Shown: positions 13,214 to 26,587 of the stretch, one piece after another
Position numbering within the stretch: position 1 is the first letter of the stretch
Layout: every line of letters begins with the position of its first letter
DNA from: Eledone cirrhosa
Taxonomy: Eukaryota
Length of the DNA stretch: 64,000 nt
NCBI GenBank assembly: GCA_964016885.1
Contig: OZ024756.1
Coordinates: 6,572,001-6,636,000, forward strand
Reading direction: 5' to 3'
Made by a program: the position numbers and the translations under genes
Notes under the pieces: model-generated
Database searches by the model: none
What the model saw: the letters and a program-made list of their open reading frames with translations, nothing else
Told to the model about the DNA's origin: nothing

Positions 13214-13389
13214 CAAGACAGTGCCTTAGCATACCTGACCACGGACTATTAATTGAAATGAATAAAAGAATAACTAAGATGTATAATGCAAGACATGTCA
13301 ACACTTACCACCCCCGTCACACCCTCCTGTCCAGCAGACGTGATAGGTCAGTGGTTAGACTGTACCAAACTATTAACACAATACAAATA

Positions 13390-13742
13390 AATACACACAC
13401 GCACACACACACACACACGTACACACAAACACATACATACACACACAGGTACACACAAACACACGCAGACGAACAGAAGCTCTCTCTTTCTCTTCCTCAA
13501 ATACGCACGCACACAAACACACAAACACACACACACAAACACACACAGATACAAACACACACACAATCACACAAACACACAAACACAAACACACACACGT
13601 ATACACAAACAGATACACGCACACAATCAAACAGAGCTCTCTCTCTCTCTCAAATACAAACACTTAAACACGATCACAATCACACACACATATATATATA
13701 CAAACACACACATAAGCTCTCTTTATTTCTCTTTCTCTTCCT

Positions 13743-13787
<45 letters not shown>

Positions 13788-14540
13788 AGAAACTCTCTCT
13801 TTCCTTCTTTCTTTCCCTTTCTGAAATACACACACACACACACACACACACGCGGAGAAGCTCTCTCAGTTTCTCTTTCTCTTCCACAAATACATACATA
13901 CACACACATAATCACACACACACACATACACACACATAAACACACACAGGGCCTCCCTCTTTTTTTCTCCGTCTCTTCATAGACTCATAGACACGCATTC
14001 ATGCACACACACATACACACACTCGCAACGACACACATTCGCAACGACACACTCACATACACACACTCGCAACGACACACACTCGCAACGATACACACAT
14101 TCGCAACGACACACACACATACACACACTCGCAACGACACACTCACATACACTCACTCGCAACGACACACTCACATACACACACTCAACGACACACACAC
14201 TGATACACTCGCAACGACACACACACATACACAGACAACGATACACATCACGTCAGACATACAAACACACACACTACCACACACACACATACTCATACAT
14301 ACACACATACATTTACACATTCAGACACACCACGACACGACACACATTCACATATACAGCACACACGCCACAACACAACATACATATTCACACCAACACA
14401 TAGACACACTCCACACCAACACACACATACACACACTCCAAACACAACATAAGCATACTCCACACACTACACACCACATACACACACTACATACACACAC
14501 ACACTATGCACCACATACACACACCACACACCTCACTACA
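13390..14540. repeat. (CA)-rich compound microsatellite and minisatellite tract
   Basis: Read directly; includes CACACTCGCAACGA units. Confidence 0.9.
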
Positions 14541-14644
14541 TCTACAGACAATGACAGGCTGTACAAATATGATGTAATTTGACATCTGTCGTATGGAATT
14601 TAAATGAATTATTAATAAGACATTAACACACACACACACACATT

Positions 14645-14696
<52 letters not shown>

Positions 14697-14699
<3 letters not shown>

Positions 14700-14861
14700 G
14701 GAACGAGTGGGACCCCGACGAGTCCAGAATTAGCCGTCGAAACGGCTTGAGCTCAGCCATCGGGGTCCCACTCGTTCCTATTACCCACTCTACAACCCTA
14801 AGTATTGAGTACTTTGGTGCGTTATGGTCCACCTGGTTCCTTACCACATTTCCTTCGTTTT
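14697..14861 (+). mobile_element. Short (TA)n-inserted element with 5' fold-back; family also at 34840-35047, 36863-37016 and diverged at 6100-6210
   Basis: Near-identical sequence at three loci, each starting with an inverted copy ATAGGAACGAG.. of the internal ..CTCGTTCCTAT. Confidence 0.85.
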
Positions 14862-15095
14862 ATATATATATATATATATATATATACACAAATGGAATCT
14901 CAGTAAAATCGAAGCTCTGTAGAGGCCAAGCTAACGACCTACAAATATGAATGAGTAGCAAATCACTCAATAAGGGTGCAGCCCTTAGAGTAATAACATA
15001 CGTTTAGACGGCTTGACAAATTGAAAATTGTGACAGGTAGACCTAGCCACATAATACCCAAAACAACGAAAAAACTAACCAGGTATATATATTTA

Positions 15096-15908
15096 CTAGC
15101 AGCAGTACCCAGCGTTGCCTGGGTAGGTAAAATAATATCTGCATTGATGAAATGGTGTTGATCTTAGCGACTGTTTCTCGATGACTCATCTATGGACACA
15201 CACGGGCCATGCGGGAGAGGGTGGTGATGCCCTCTGTCACTAAGAAACGCGGGTGACTGACGAAGTGGCATGCCGGGGTAGGGAGTTTCGAATTTGAACG
15301 AAATCGGTTGAAAAATGTGGGAGTTAGAGCCGAAAAGGCGGACATTTGAGCGAAAAGGTGGCATTTTTGAATATTTAAGCGGCTGCCACGCCGTTCCTGA
15401 ACAAAAAATCCAAAATATAAAGCCACTCTAAGACGTGAAATAATCAGATCTAGCGTAGTGTAAAATTTGAACAAAGTAGGTTGATTAATCTGGGAGCTAG
15501 AACCGAAAAAGTGGAAATTTGAGTCTAAAAATGGTGTTTTTAAATATTTAAGAGGCTGCCACGTCGTCCCTGAACAGCAAATGCAAAATATAAAGTGATT
15601 TCAGGATGTGCAATAATAAATTCTATTTTGCTTTAAAATTTGAACGAAATCGGTGGCAAAATGTGGGAGTTTGAGCCAAAAATCTTATTTTTCGATACCT
15701 AAAAAAAGGTGATCCCCCTATCGATTTTTTTCTGCAGAATGAATCCGGAATAAAAAAAAAAAGAAAAAATACGCTGATATATAGTAAACACTCCCCGATG
15801 AGAAATCTATGAGCCTGTAAAGTTTCATGAAAATCGGTCGTAAGATGTAGGCTCCGATGGGTAATACACAGACAGACACACACACATGCTTAATTTTATA
15901 TATACAGA
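15096..15908 (-). mobile_element. Non-autonomous Helitron
   Basis: Minus-strand 5' A|TCTGTATATATAAAA at 15908; 3' hairpin TACCCAG/CTGGGTA (15106-15125) then CTAG|T at 15096; internal repeated blocks. Confidence 0.8.
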
Positions 15909-15956
15909 TATCTCTTAACACTGCCGATATATTATATATATATATATATATATAAA

Positions 15957-16500
15957 AATGAAGAGGCGTATCTTCAAATCTTCACGAAGGTCCGACTTCC
16001 ACACCGATCCCAAGCTGTGGCACGCCGCCAGGCTTTGCTCTTCCTCTCAACCACATCATCTTCACTGCTGTAGTGGAGTCTGTGCTGCTGTACAGGTCTG
16101 AGACTTGGACACTGACCAAGACACTCACCCAGATGGTGGGTGGGTACTACACGAGAATGCTGAGGATGGCTCTGAACATTAATCAGTATACACTGAGGAT
16201 GAAAACTACAGAGCTGTATGGGAGCCTCCCAAAAGTCAGTTAAAAGTGACACAGAGGAGACTGAGGTTAGCTGGACATGCTCACCGCCATCCAGAGTTGA
16301 CATTGCACTCTGTGCTCCCGTGGGGGCCCCTACATGGACACACTGGAAAAGGAAGACCAAGGTTAACGTATGTTGATGCCCTAAGGACAGACACTGGTCT
16401 GTTGGAGACGCAGGACATGGCAGCGATAATGAGGGACAGAGACCGCTGGAGAGAACACGTCCATGGATCTCGGGAATTTTACTCGCCCCAAATGGATAGA
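15957..16500 (+). mobile_element. RTE-clade LINE 3' fragment with a 5' inversion
   Basis: Plus strand FTAVVESVLLYRSETWTLT..YTRMLRMALNI..ELYGSLPKVS..RRLRLAGHAHRH..GRPRLTYVD..DRDRWR. The upstream piece RKSKAW..VWKSDLREDLKIRLF lies inverted at 15957-16055. Confidence 0.85.
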
Positions 16501-16521
16501 CAGGTATATATATATATATAT

Positions 16522-16712
16522 ATTGATGTTATTCCAAATTGAAGGATAAGTGTTTCAAAATTTATTTTATCATGAGTTAAAGGTCTATAGATTTTTCCCT
16601 GGATTTTACTAAATTCTGTGGATGAATTTATATCCCGATTCTCTTTTGAGATGAGTTTGAGTTATTTTTCCTAAATCTTTCGTTAACTACTTTTCCCATC
16701 TTGACGTTATAG
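16522..16712 (+). mobile_element. 5'-truncated copy of the hammerhead element at 36330-36830
   Basis: TTCCAAATTGAAGGA..CCCTGGATTT..TCTGTGGAT..TGAGTTTGA..TTGACGTTATA matches the reverse complement of 36330-36535. Confidence 0.7.
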
Positions 16713-17099
16713 TCGCATATATGTTATAGAATGCCGTTAGCTTCTTGCTAAAACAATCTCTATACCTCTCATTTATATATATATATATATACACACATTC
16801 ATACATACATCTTAACACTGATGATATATACATATATGTATATACAATTACACGCTCATACGCACACATATTTTCACCTCCGAACACTGCTGATGTGTTT
16901 GTACTGGCATATAGTAACTCATACTTTTATACAGACACAATCATACATATACACAAATACGTACACAAACACATCACACACATATATGTATATATATGGA
17001 TGTATGCATATACATCCATATATATACACACACATATATATATGCACACATATATATATGCACACATATATATATAACACACATATATATATAACACAC

Positions 17100-17184
<85 letters not shown>

Positions 17185-17209
17185 TACACACACATATATA
17201 TATATATAT

Positions 17210-17692
17210 ATAAACTATAATAAAGTAAGGAGCGCGGGACTGCGTACGGTTTCTAATCTGTCATCCCATTAGTAAAATAAGTTGGATTACGTTGAATAAA
17301 TAATTAATGAATATTACATAATTTATCTACTAAAATTTGTGACAGTTGATTAAATATATTTTGTTTACTTAAAGATTCACTTCTTTATAATTTCTGAAAT
17401 GTCAACACTTCCGGTTGGCCATCGCTTAAATAAACATATAATCTTCTGTCACTGATTTTCTCCTAATGCAATTTATATATAATATCGCCTTTTTTAATGT
17501 ATCATGGATTACGTTACTGATTAAATAAGACAGTGTAACACAGTCTTCTTTCAATTTCTATGTATTATATATTGTCAGTTACGATTTTATTTGATGTATC
17601 ATATCTACATGTATATATACCTGCGTATAATATCAATATACACACTACACATACTAGCAGAAAACCACCAAAACGGTGGTTTTTCTGCTAGT
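17210..17692 (+). mobile_element. Helitron remnant(s) related to the 5' region of 60030-61357
   Basis: 17320-17420 is the reverse-complement homologue of 61150-61240 (AAATGTCAACACTTCCGGTTG); 3' hairpin ACCACC/GGTGGT plus CTAG at ~17690, itself part of a 41-bp fold-back. Confidence 0.6.
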
Positions 17693-17735
17693 ATATATAA
17701 TAAATGTAATCTGAGTTTTTCGAATATTAATAATT

Positions 17736-17920
17736 TTTTCTACTTTTGGCACCAGGTCAGCAATTTCCCAGTGTATTACTGGTACTTTATTTTATCGACC
17801 CCGTAAGGATGAAAGGCAAAGTTAACCTCGGCGGGATTTGAACTCAGAATGGCAAGAGCCGTAACTCTATGCGTCAAAGCATGGCGTCCGACCCTCTACC
17901 GATACTGCCAATTCACCGCC
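17736..17920 (-). mobile_element. Family-A SINE inserted in a pLTR-like element (17700-18012)
   Basis: Full tRNA head, core and tail; the host element is homologous to 29400-29740 and 31690-32310. Confidence 0.85.
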
Positions 17921-18019
17921 ATTCGATTCGTTTGCAATTATGCAAACAAGCCTCAATGTTAACGCCATGTCAGTAGAATGAACACTTCATTCTTGCTCTT
18001 GTCTTGGCATGCGAGCAAG

Positions 18020-18525
18020 ATGGTGATGGTGGTCGTGGTGTAGTAGTGGTGGGGTGGTAGTGTTGTTGGTGGTGGTGGTGGTAATGATGGTGGTAGTGGT
18101 GGTAGTAGTGGTGGTGTAGTAGTGGTGGTGGTAGTGGTGGTGGTCGTGGTCGTGGTGGAAGTGGTGGTGGTGGTGGTAGTGGTAATGATGGTGGTGGTGG
18201 TGTAGTAGTGGTGGTGGTGGTAGTAGTGGTGGCGGTGGTGCTGATGGTGGTTGTGGTGGTGGTAGTAGTGGTGGTGGTGGTGGTGTTGATGGTGGTGGTG
18301 GTTGTGGTGGCAGTGGTGGTGGTGGTAGTCGTAGTGGTGGTGGCAGTGGTGGTGCTGCTGCTGTAGTACATGTGGTGCTATTGTGGTTGTTGTCGTTATT
18401 GGTGTTGTTTGTAGTGTTAATATTGATGGCAGTGGTTATGGTGGTGGTATTGTTAAAGTTGTGGTTGTTAGTGATGATGATTGTTGTATTGTTATTCTTG
18501 TTGTTGTTGCTGCTGCTGCTGACGG
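18020..18525. repeat. (GGT)n/(GTT)n microsatellite
   Basis: Read directly from the sequence. Confidence 0.95.
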
Positions 18526-18676
18526 TGGTCCTCGGCAAAATCTGTTCTCACTATTTAAAGTAACGTAAATTAGTATCATCTTACTGCCGTAACATGTTAC
18601 TGTCATAACTGGACCCTAAATATTACTGTCATAACTGGACCCTAAATATTACTGTCATAAGTGGACCCTAAATATG

Positions 18677-19628
18677 TGTTTCTACTTTTGGCACAAGGCC
18701 AGCAATTATCCCAGTGCATTACTGGTACTTTACTTTATCGACCCCGTAAGGATGAAGGGGAAAGTTAACTTCGGCGCGATTTGAACTGAGAATGGCAAGG
18801 GCCGTAACTCTATGCTACAAAGCATGGCGTCCGACCCTCTACCGATACTGCACCCTAAATATTACTGTCATAAGTGGACCTTAAATATTTGTCATAAATC
18901 TTGTTCATGTCGTGTTATGACGTAATGAAGACCGCGTGGCTGACTGGTCAGAGAATTGGACTCGTATCGTGAAGTTCTCATTTCGATTCCCAGACCGGGC
19001 GATGCGTTATATCCTTGAACAAGACACTTTATTTCACGGTGCTTCTTCTGCCTGGAGTTATGACCAGTGTGTCAGTTACAAATCTTGGTTAGATGTCGTT
19101 TCACCACAGTTAAACACATTGCTGTCCTTTCTCATTAAACTCTCCCAAGTTCAATACTGTGCAAGGTTGTTCCAGCAGGGGGCATATCAGGAGCCGCTGC
19201 GTAGTCTGTGGTTCGATACCGCAATCACACACAAGGTCCCTATCTTTTAAATATCACCATTTTGCCATATTGGCTTTTGCACAACCAAGACAGTGGACCT
19301 TAAATATATAGGGTGCGTCCTCGAGGATGAAGCGTCTTCGGCGCCGGGAAATAGGGTACGTCAAATATGTCGATCAGTCGACAAGATCAAAGACCTCATT
19401 CGCTTAACGACTGGGGTGGAGCTCGTCAAATCGGACCGAGGAAACAATGTTTCCATAGGTCTTTCCAATTGCTGATACTACCCACTGGTCATAACTCCAG
19501 GCAGAAGAAGCAACGTGAAATAAAGTGTCTTGTTCAAGGATATAACGCATCGCCCGGTCTGGGAATCGAAATGAGAACTTCACGATACGAGTCCAATTCT
19601 CTAACCAGTCAGCCACGCGGTCTTCACA
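18677..19628. mobile_element. SINEs: family A 18677-18851 (-), family B 18927-19066 (+) and 19340-19628 (-)
   Basis: tRNA heads and cores; the two family-B copies are near-identical and inverted. Confidence 0.85.
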
Positions 19629-19635
19629 TTACGTC

Positions 19636-21995
19636 ATAACTGTACCTTAAATATAACTGTTACAATTATACCTTAGATATAACTGTTACAACTGTACCTT
19701 AAATATAACTGTTACAACTATACCTTAGATATAACTGTTACAACTGTACCTTAGATATAACTGTTACAACTGTACCTTAGATATAACTGTTACAACTGTA
19801 CCTTAGATATAACTGTGACAACTGTACCTTAGATATAACTGTTACAACTGTACCTTAGATATAACTGTTACAACTGTACCTTAGATATTACTGTTACAAT
19901 TGTACCTTAGATATATCTGTTACAACTGTACCTTAGATATAACTGTTACAACTGTACCTTAGATATAACTGTTACAACTGTACCTTAAATATAACTGTTA
20001 CAACTGTACCTTAGATATAACTGTTACAACTGTACCTTAGATATAACTGTTACAACTGTACCTTAGATATAACTGTTACAACTGTACCTTAGATATAACT
20101 GTTACAACTGTACCTTAGATATAACTGTTACTACTGTACCTTAGATATTACTGTTACAATTGTACCTTAGATATAACTGTTACAACTGTACCTAGATATA
20201 ACTGTTACAACTGTACCTTAGATATAACTGTTACAACTGTACCTTAGATATTACTGTTACAATTATACCTTAGATATAACTGTTACAACTGTACCTTAAA
20301 TATAACTGTTACAATTATACCTTAGATATAACTGTTACAACTGTACCTTAAATATAACTGTTACAACTATACCTTAGATATAACTGTTACAACTGTACCT
20401 TAGATATAACTGTTACAACTGTACCTTAGATATAACTGTTACAACTGTACCTTAGATATAACTGTGACAATTGTACCTTAGATATAACTGTTACAACTGT
20501 ACCTTAGATATAACTGTTACAACTGTACCTTAGATATTACTGTTACAATTGTACCTTAGATATATCTGTTACAACTGTACCTTAGATATAACTGTTACAA
20601 CTGTACCTTAGATATAACTGTTACAACTGTACCTTAAATATAACTGTTACAACTGTACCTTAGATATAACTGTTACAACTGTACCTTAGATATAACTGTT
20701 ACAACTGTACCTTAGATATAACTGTTACAACTGTACCTTAGATATAACTGTTACAACTGTACCTTAGATATAACTGTTACTACTGTACCTTAGATATTAC
20801 TGTTACAATTGTACCTTAGATATAACTGTTACAACTGTACCTAGATATAACTGTTACAACTGTACCTTAGATATAACTGTTACAACTGTACCTTAGATAT
20901 TACTGTTACAACTGTTACAACTGTAACTTAGATACTACTGTTACAACTGTTACAACTGTACCTTAGATATAACTGTTATAACTGTACCTTAGATATTACT
21001 GTTACAACTGTACCTTAGATATATCTGTTATAAATGTACCTTAGATATTACTGTTATAACTGTACCTTAGATATTACTGTTACAACTGTACCTTAGATAT
21101 TACTGTTACAAATGTACCTTAGATATTACTGTTATAATTGTACCTTAAATATTACTGTTACAACTGTACATTAGATATAACTGTTACAACTGTACCTTAC
21201 ATATTACTGTTACAACTGTACCTTAGATATAACTGTTAGAACTGTACCTTAGATATTACTGTTACACCTGTACCTTAGATATAACTGTTACAACTGTACC
21301 TTAGATATAACTGTTACAACTGTACCTTAGATATAACTGTTATAACTGTACCTTAGATATTACTGTTACAACTGTACCTTAGATATATCTGTTATAAATG
21401 TACCTTAGATATTACTGTTATAACTGTACCTTAGATATTACTGTTACAACTGTACCTTAGATATTACTGTTACAAATGTACCTTAGATATTACTGTTATA
21501 ATTGTACCTTAAATATTACTGTTACAACTGTACATTAGATATAACTGTTACAACTGTACCTTACATATTACTGTTACAACTGTACCTTAGATATAACTGT
21601 TAGAACTGTACCTTAGATATTACTGTTACACCTGTACCTTAGATATAACTGTTACAACTGTACCTTAGATATAACTGTTACAACTGTACCTTAGATATAA
21701 CTGTTACAACTGTACCTTAGATATAACTGTTACAACTGTACCTTAAATATTACTGTTACAACTGTACCTTAGATATAACAGTTATATCTAAGGTACAGTT
21801 GTAACAGTTACAACTGTACCTTAGATATAACTGTTACAACTGTACCTTAGATATAACTGTTACAACTGTACCTTAAATATTACTGTTACAACTGTACCTT
21901 AGATATAACTGTTACAACTGTACCTTAAATATTACTGTTACAACTGTACCTTAGATATAACTGTTACAACTGTACCTTAGATATAACTGTTACAA
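19636..21995. repeat. 26-bp minisatellite with higher-order duplications
   Basis: Unit ACTGTTACAACTGTACCTTAGATATA, about 90 copies. Confidence 0.97.
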
Positions 21996-23045
21996 CTGTA
22001 CCTAGAGATATTACTGTTACAACTGTTACAACTGTACCTAGAGATATTACTGTTACAACAGTTACAACTGTACCTAGAGGTATTACTGTTACAACTGTTA
22101 CAACTGTACCTAGAGATATTACTGTTACAACAGTTACAACTGTACCTAGAGGTATTACTGTTACAACTGTTACAACTGTACCTAGAGGTATTACTGTTAC
22201 AACTGTTACAACTGTACCTAGAGATGATACTGTTACAACAGTTACAACTGTACCTAGAGGTATTACTGTTACAACTGTTACAACTCTACCTAGAGGCATT
22301 ACTGTTACAACTGTTACAACTGTACCTAGAGGTATTACTGTTACAACTGTTACAACTGTACCTAGAGATATTACTGTTATAACTGTTACAACTGTACCTA
22401 GAGATATTACTGTTATAACTGTTACAACTGTACCTAGAGGTATTACTGTTACAACTGTTACAACTGTACCTAGAGGTATTACTGTTACAACTGTTACAAC
22501 TGTACCTAGAGATATTACTGTTACAACTGTTACAACTGTACCTAGAGATATTACTGTTATAACTGTTACAACTGTACCTAGAGGTATTACTGTTACAACT
22601 GTTACAACTGTACCTAGAAGTATTACTGTTACAACTGTTACAACTGTACCTAGAGATATTACTGTTATAACTGTTACAACTGTACCTAGAGATATTGCTG
22701 TTACAACTGTTACAACTGTACCTAGATGTATTACTGTTACAACTGTTACAACTCTACCTAGAGGTATTACTGTTACAACTGTTACAACTGTACCTAGAGA
22801 TATTACTGTTATAACTGTTACAACTGTACCTAGAGGTATTACTGTTACAACTGTTACAACTGTACCTAGAGATATTACTGTTACAACTGTACCTAGAGGT
22901 ATTAATGTTACAACAGTTACAACTGTACCTAGAGGTATTACTGTTACAACTGTTACAACTGTACCTAGAAGTATTACTGTTACAACTGTTACAACTGTAC
23001 CTAGAGATATTACTGTTACAACTGTTACAACTGTACCTAGAGGCA
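21996..23045. repeat. 36-bp minisatellite derived from the 26-bp unit
   Basis: Unit CTAGAGATATTACTGTTACAACTGTTACAACTGTAC, about 29 copies; source of the spurious 362-aa ORF. Confidence 0.97.
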
Positions 23046-23907
23046 TTAACATTACTGGACCTTAACTCTTTCCGTCATATCTAGTAGCTTAAACATTTTC
23101 GTCATAATTCAATATGTTAATTATTTCCGTCACAATTACCAACTTCAGATATGACCCTCATAACCTAGTACTTCAAATTGTACCATCATAATTAGTATCT
23201 TAAATATTACAGTTATATATAGTGCCTTAAATAGCATCGTCGTAGAATCTACGACTAAGATAGTACTTAAAATGTTACCTCTATAACATGCATCCTAAAT
23301 CTGAGGGCCTTGCATGTGGTCAGATGTGATACATTAACAGACAACATGGCGGCACCGTTATTAAAATCTTAGGGATTTCACCAGACCTACCAGACAAAAC
23401 AGACAATTATTCTACTCATGTGTTTTCTATTTCAGTATATATTTCAATTTACATACACACGTAGCTTTAATTACCTAAAAGTTATCTAAAGATATTAATT
23501 TTGTCTGAAAAGAAGACATATATGTGTCTATATTTATATTCTACAATATATCCATGCATAGAGGTATATATATATATATATATATATCTATATATATATT
23601 CAGAGTTAGTGAAGAAACCAACAACAGTAATGAGATGAGTGAATGAAAGATAGAGAGAGACAAGAGAAAGCGATTGTGTGCAAAAAAGAGAGACGGCCAT
23701 ATAGTTGGAGAGAGAGAGAGAGATCCACACACACACACATACATACACGCACACACACACACAGAAGTCTGTGCGTACTTATGGATCATAGAATCATCTT
23801 CATTTTCTTTCTTTCTCTTTCTCTCTGTATAATACACACACACACACATACATAAACACGCACACAACACACGCACACGCACATGCATACACACACGTAT
23901 ATATATG

Positions 23908-24098
23908 TATTTTGTCTGAAGAGGACATGTTTTGGTTTATGTTATACACAAATCTTTAACATCTTCGAAATATATATAATTGTTTCTACTTTAGACACAA
24001 GGTCAGCAATTACTCAGTGCATTACTGGTACTTTATTTTATCGACCCCGTAAGGATGAAAGGCAAAGTCAATATCTTCGAAATATATATAATGAAATA
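23908..24098 (+). ncRNA. Type I hammerhead split by a SINE insertion
   Basis: TATTTTGT-CTGAAGA(23916-22)-GGACATGTT..AACATCTTC-GAAA-TATATA-TA, then a SINE at 23981-24069 with a 23-bp TSD, then the stem I partner ATGAAATA (24091-98). Confidence 0.7.
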
Positions 24099-24156
24099 GA
24101 GATGATATAAAGTATATATCTTTCGTTCGTTTATTACTATTATTATTATTATATAT

Positions 24157-24341
24157 TGGTGGATTGGCAGTATCGGTAGAGGGTCGGACGCCATGCTTTG
24201 ACGCATAGAGTTACGGCCCTTGACATTCTGAGTTCAAATCCCGCCGAGGTTAACTTTGTCTTTCATCCTTACGGGGTCGATAAAATAAAGTACCAGTAAT
24301 GTACTGGATAATTACTGGCCTCGTGCCAAAGGTAGAAACAA
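24157..24341 (+). mobile_element. Family-A SINE, near full length
   Basis: GGTGGATTGGCAGTATCGGTAGAG head, GAGTTCAAATCCC B box, core and ATT tail. Confidence 0.9.
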
Positions 24342-24345
24342 TTAT

Positions 24346-24391
<46 letters not shown>

Positions 24392-24460
24392 GTATATATA
24401 TATATGTGTGAGTGTGTGTACGTTGTAATTGCTGGCCTTGTGCCAAAGGTAGAAACAATT

Positions 24461-24498
<38 letters not shown>

Positions 24499-24558
24499 TG
24501 TATGTATACATATGTGTGTATATATGTATGTATGTATGTATGTATGTAAATGTGTGTG

Positions 24559-24590
<32 letters not shown>

Positions 24591-24975
24591 TGTATGTATG
24601 TATGTATGTATGTATGTATATATATGTGTGTGTGTATATGTGTGTGTGTGTGTACGTTGTAACTATTGAACAAGAGAAAAGGAACACAATGATGTAAGCT
24701 ATAGATCTATTGAGATATTTATTCTGTTGGTACTTCATGTCGGTACTTCAAGTTTCATCAAATCCCGATCAATCAAATGGTCGTATCAGATTGGCTGTTT
24801 CATTGATTGGAAAATATCTCTTTCATATTTTCCTTTCTTTCTTTACTCATTCGGGAAGAGGGGCTACAACCACGATACGTTTTCGGGGCAGCTGAGATTG
24901 GTCGGAAAATAAAGGTGTTACTCTCGAAACGAACATATGGATGGAATATTCGTAACAGAGGGCCTACTGTTAAAG

Positions 24976-25438
24976 CAAAGGTTCTCAAAGTGGGCGCCAC
25001 CAACCCCAGGACCACTGAGAAAGACCAGGGGCAACTGGGGTGGAAGGGGGCAGTGGGCTGTTAGAGATGATATAATAGTATATTAAATATCAAATGATAC
25101 ATATATATAAATATAGTAAAATATTAAATATATATTATTTATTTATACATAGTATACGTCCCTTTACGATCTGAGTTCAAATCTCGCCGAGGTTGACTTT
25201 GCCTTTCATCCTTACGGGGTCGATAAAATAAAGTACCAGTAATGTACTGGGGAAATTGCTGGCCTTGTGCCTAAAGTAGAAACAATTATATTATTTATTA
25301 TATATAAATAACGATTTTATTTTTATGCTATTTACAATTTGCATGTAGGCAGGTCTCTCTGGAAATAGGGGCTGTGTGGCGCTGAGGGTATTATGTGGCC
25401 GTGAGGGGTCAGTAGCGTAAACAGTTTGAGAATCTCTG
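24976..25438. mobile_element. hAT-family MITE containing a nested SINE (25155-25290)
   Basis: TIRs CAAAGGTTCTCAAAGT / AGTTTGAGAATCTCTG; 8-bp TSD TGTTAAAG (24968-24975 and 25439-25446). Confidence 0.85.
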
Positions 25439-25496
25439 TGTTAAAGGAACCGATGCCAAGCTGCTGAAGTCTCTATAAGAATACTTACACTATAAT

Positions 25497-25683
25497 TGTT
25501 TCTCCTTTTGGCACGAGAACAGCAATTACCCAGTGTATTACTGGTACTTTATTTATCGACCCCTTAAGGATGAAAGACAAAGTTAACCTGGGCGGGATTT
25601 GAACTCAGATTGTAAAGGTCCGTAACTCCATGCTGCAAAGCATGGCGTCCGACCTTCTAACGATATTGCCAATGCACCGCCCT
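25497..25683 (-). mobile_element. Family-A SINE
   Basis: Homologous to the other copies. Confidence 0.85.
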
Positions 25684-26587
25684 GACACTATACTTACATT
25701 ATAATACACGAATGTCTGTGTCAGTGAGATTCTGTCTGAGAATCACATTAATGTCACACGAGACATTGGAATACTCAACCAGAATACACTACACAAGAAG
25801 GACTACCAGGAATTCGAAGGTCCGCCTTTGTTATATATTGTATAACGCTGGATTCGGCTTGGAGATTTCGTTATTCATACACGTGTCTGTGAAATGTCTC
25901 ACCACTTACATTATACAGGTTTCGGATTAGGCACAAGGCCAATTATTTTGGCAAAGGAGACAGTCGATGATATCGACCTCATTGCGTTACTGGTACGTTT
26001 TTTTAATTATTTTGGAGAGGGTGAGGGTTACATGCATTCTTTATATATCGCATTTGAATTTTTTTTTTTTCCGGGTAGCAAATGTTGAAATACCTTCTTA
26101 ATACTCAAAATCCTATATCGTCCACCAAAATGCCCATTCATCGACCATGTTCTGTTCGGTTGCTCATTGCCCACCCAACAGTAGATATCGCCCATCAGTG
26201 GAGCGCTATCACCCAGGTTGATCACCCACATTTATTCTGTAGTCGATCGAACTACAGAATAAATGTTCCTCGTCGAAAGCGACGCATGCTCTGTCGTTAT
26301 CATTGTTCAGTATATTTACACAAGGCTGTGGACGTTGTTAATGTTATATGAATGCTGCCGCTGCCGCCGCCGTCAAAAGCGGCCATGACAGCAGTAGCAG
26401 ATGTCACATGTCAACAGCAATAGCAAGGACTTGAGACGGTGAATGGAAGGGAGGAAGACAGACCGACTGTTATATATGTTGAACAACGGAACGACACCGG
26501 GTGACATGGACGACAGCACTTCAGCTTTCAATATAGTATTTGTGTCCCTAGCTCTTGTTTGCCTTCTCAAGTACTAGTTGGCGTTAA

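Noticed and set aside
21964-23052. 362-aa Val/Thr-rich ORF
   Set aside because: Translation of the 36-bp minisatellite.
26373-26570. 65-aa ORF with a hydrophobic stretch as a secreted peptide or exon
   Set aside because: No recognisable homology or splice context, and it stops right after the hydrophobic segment.
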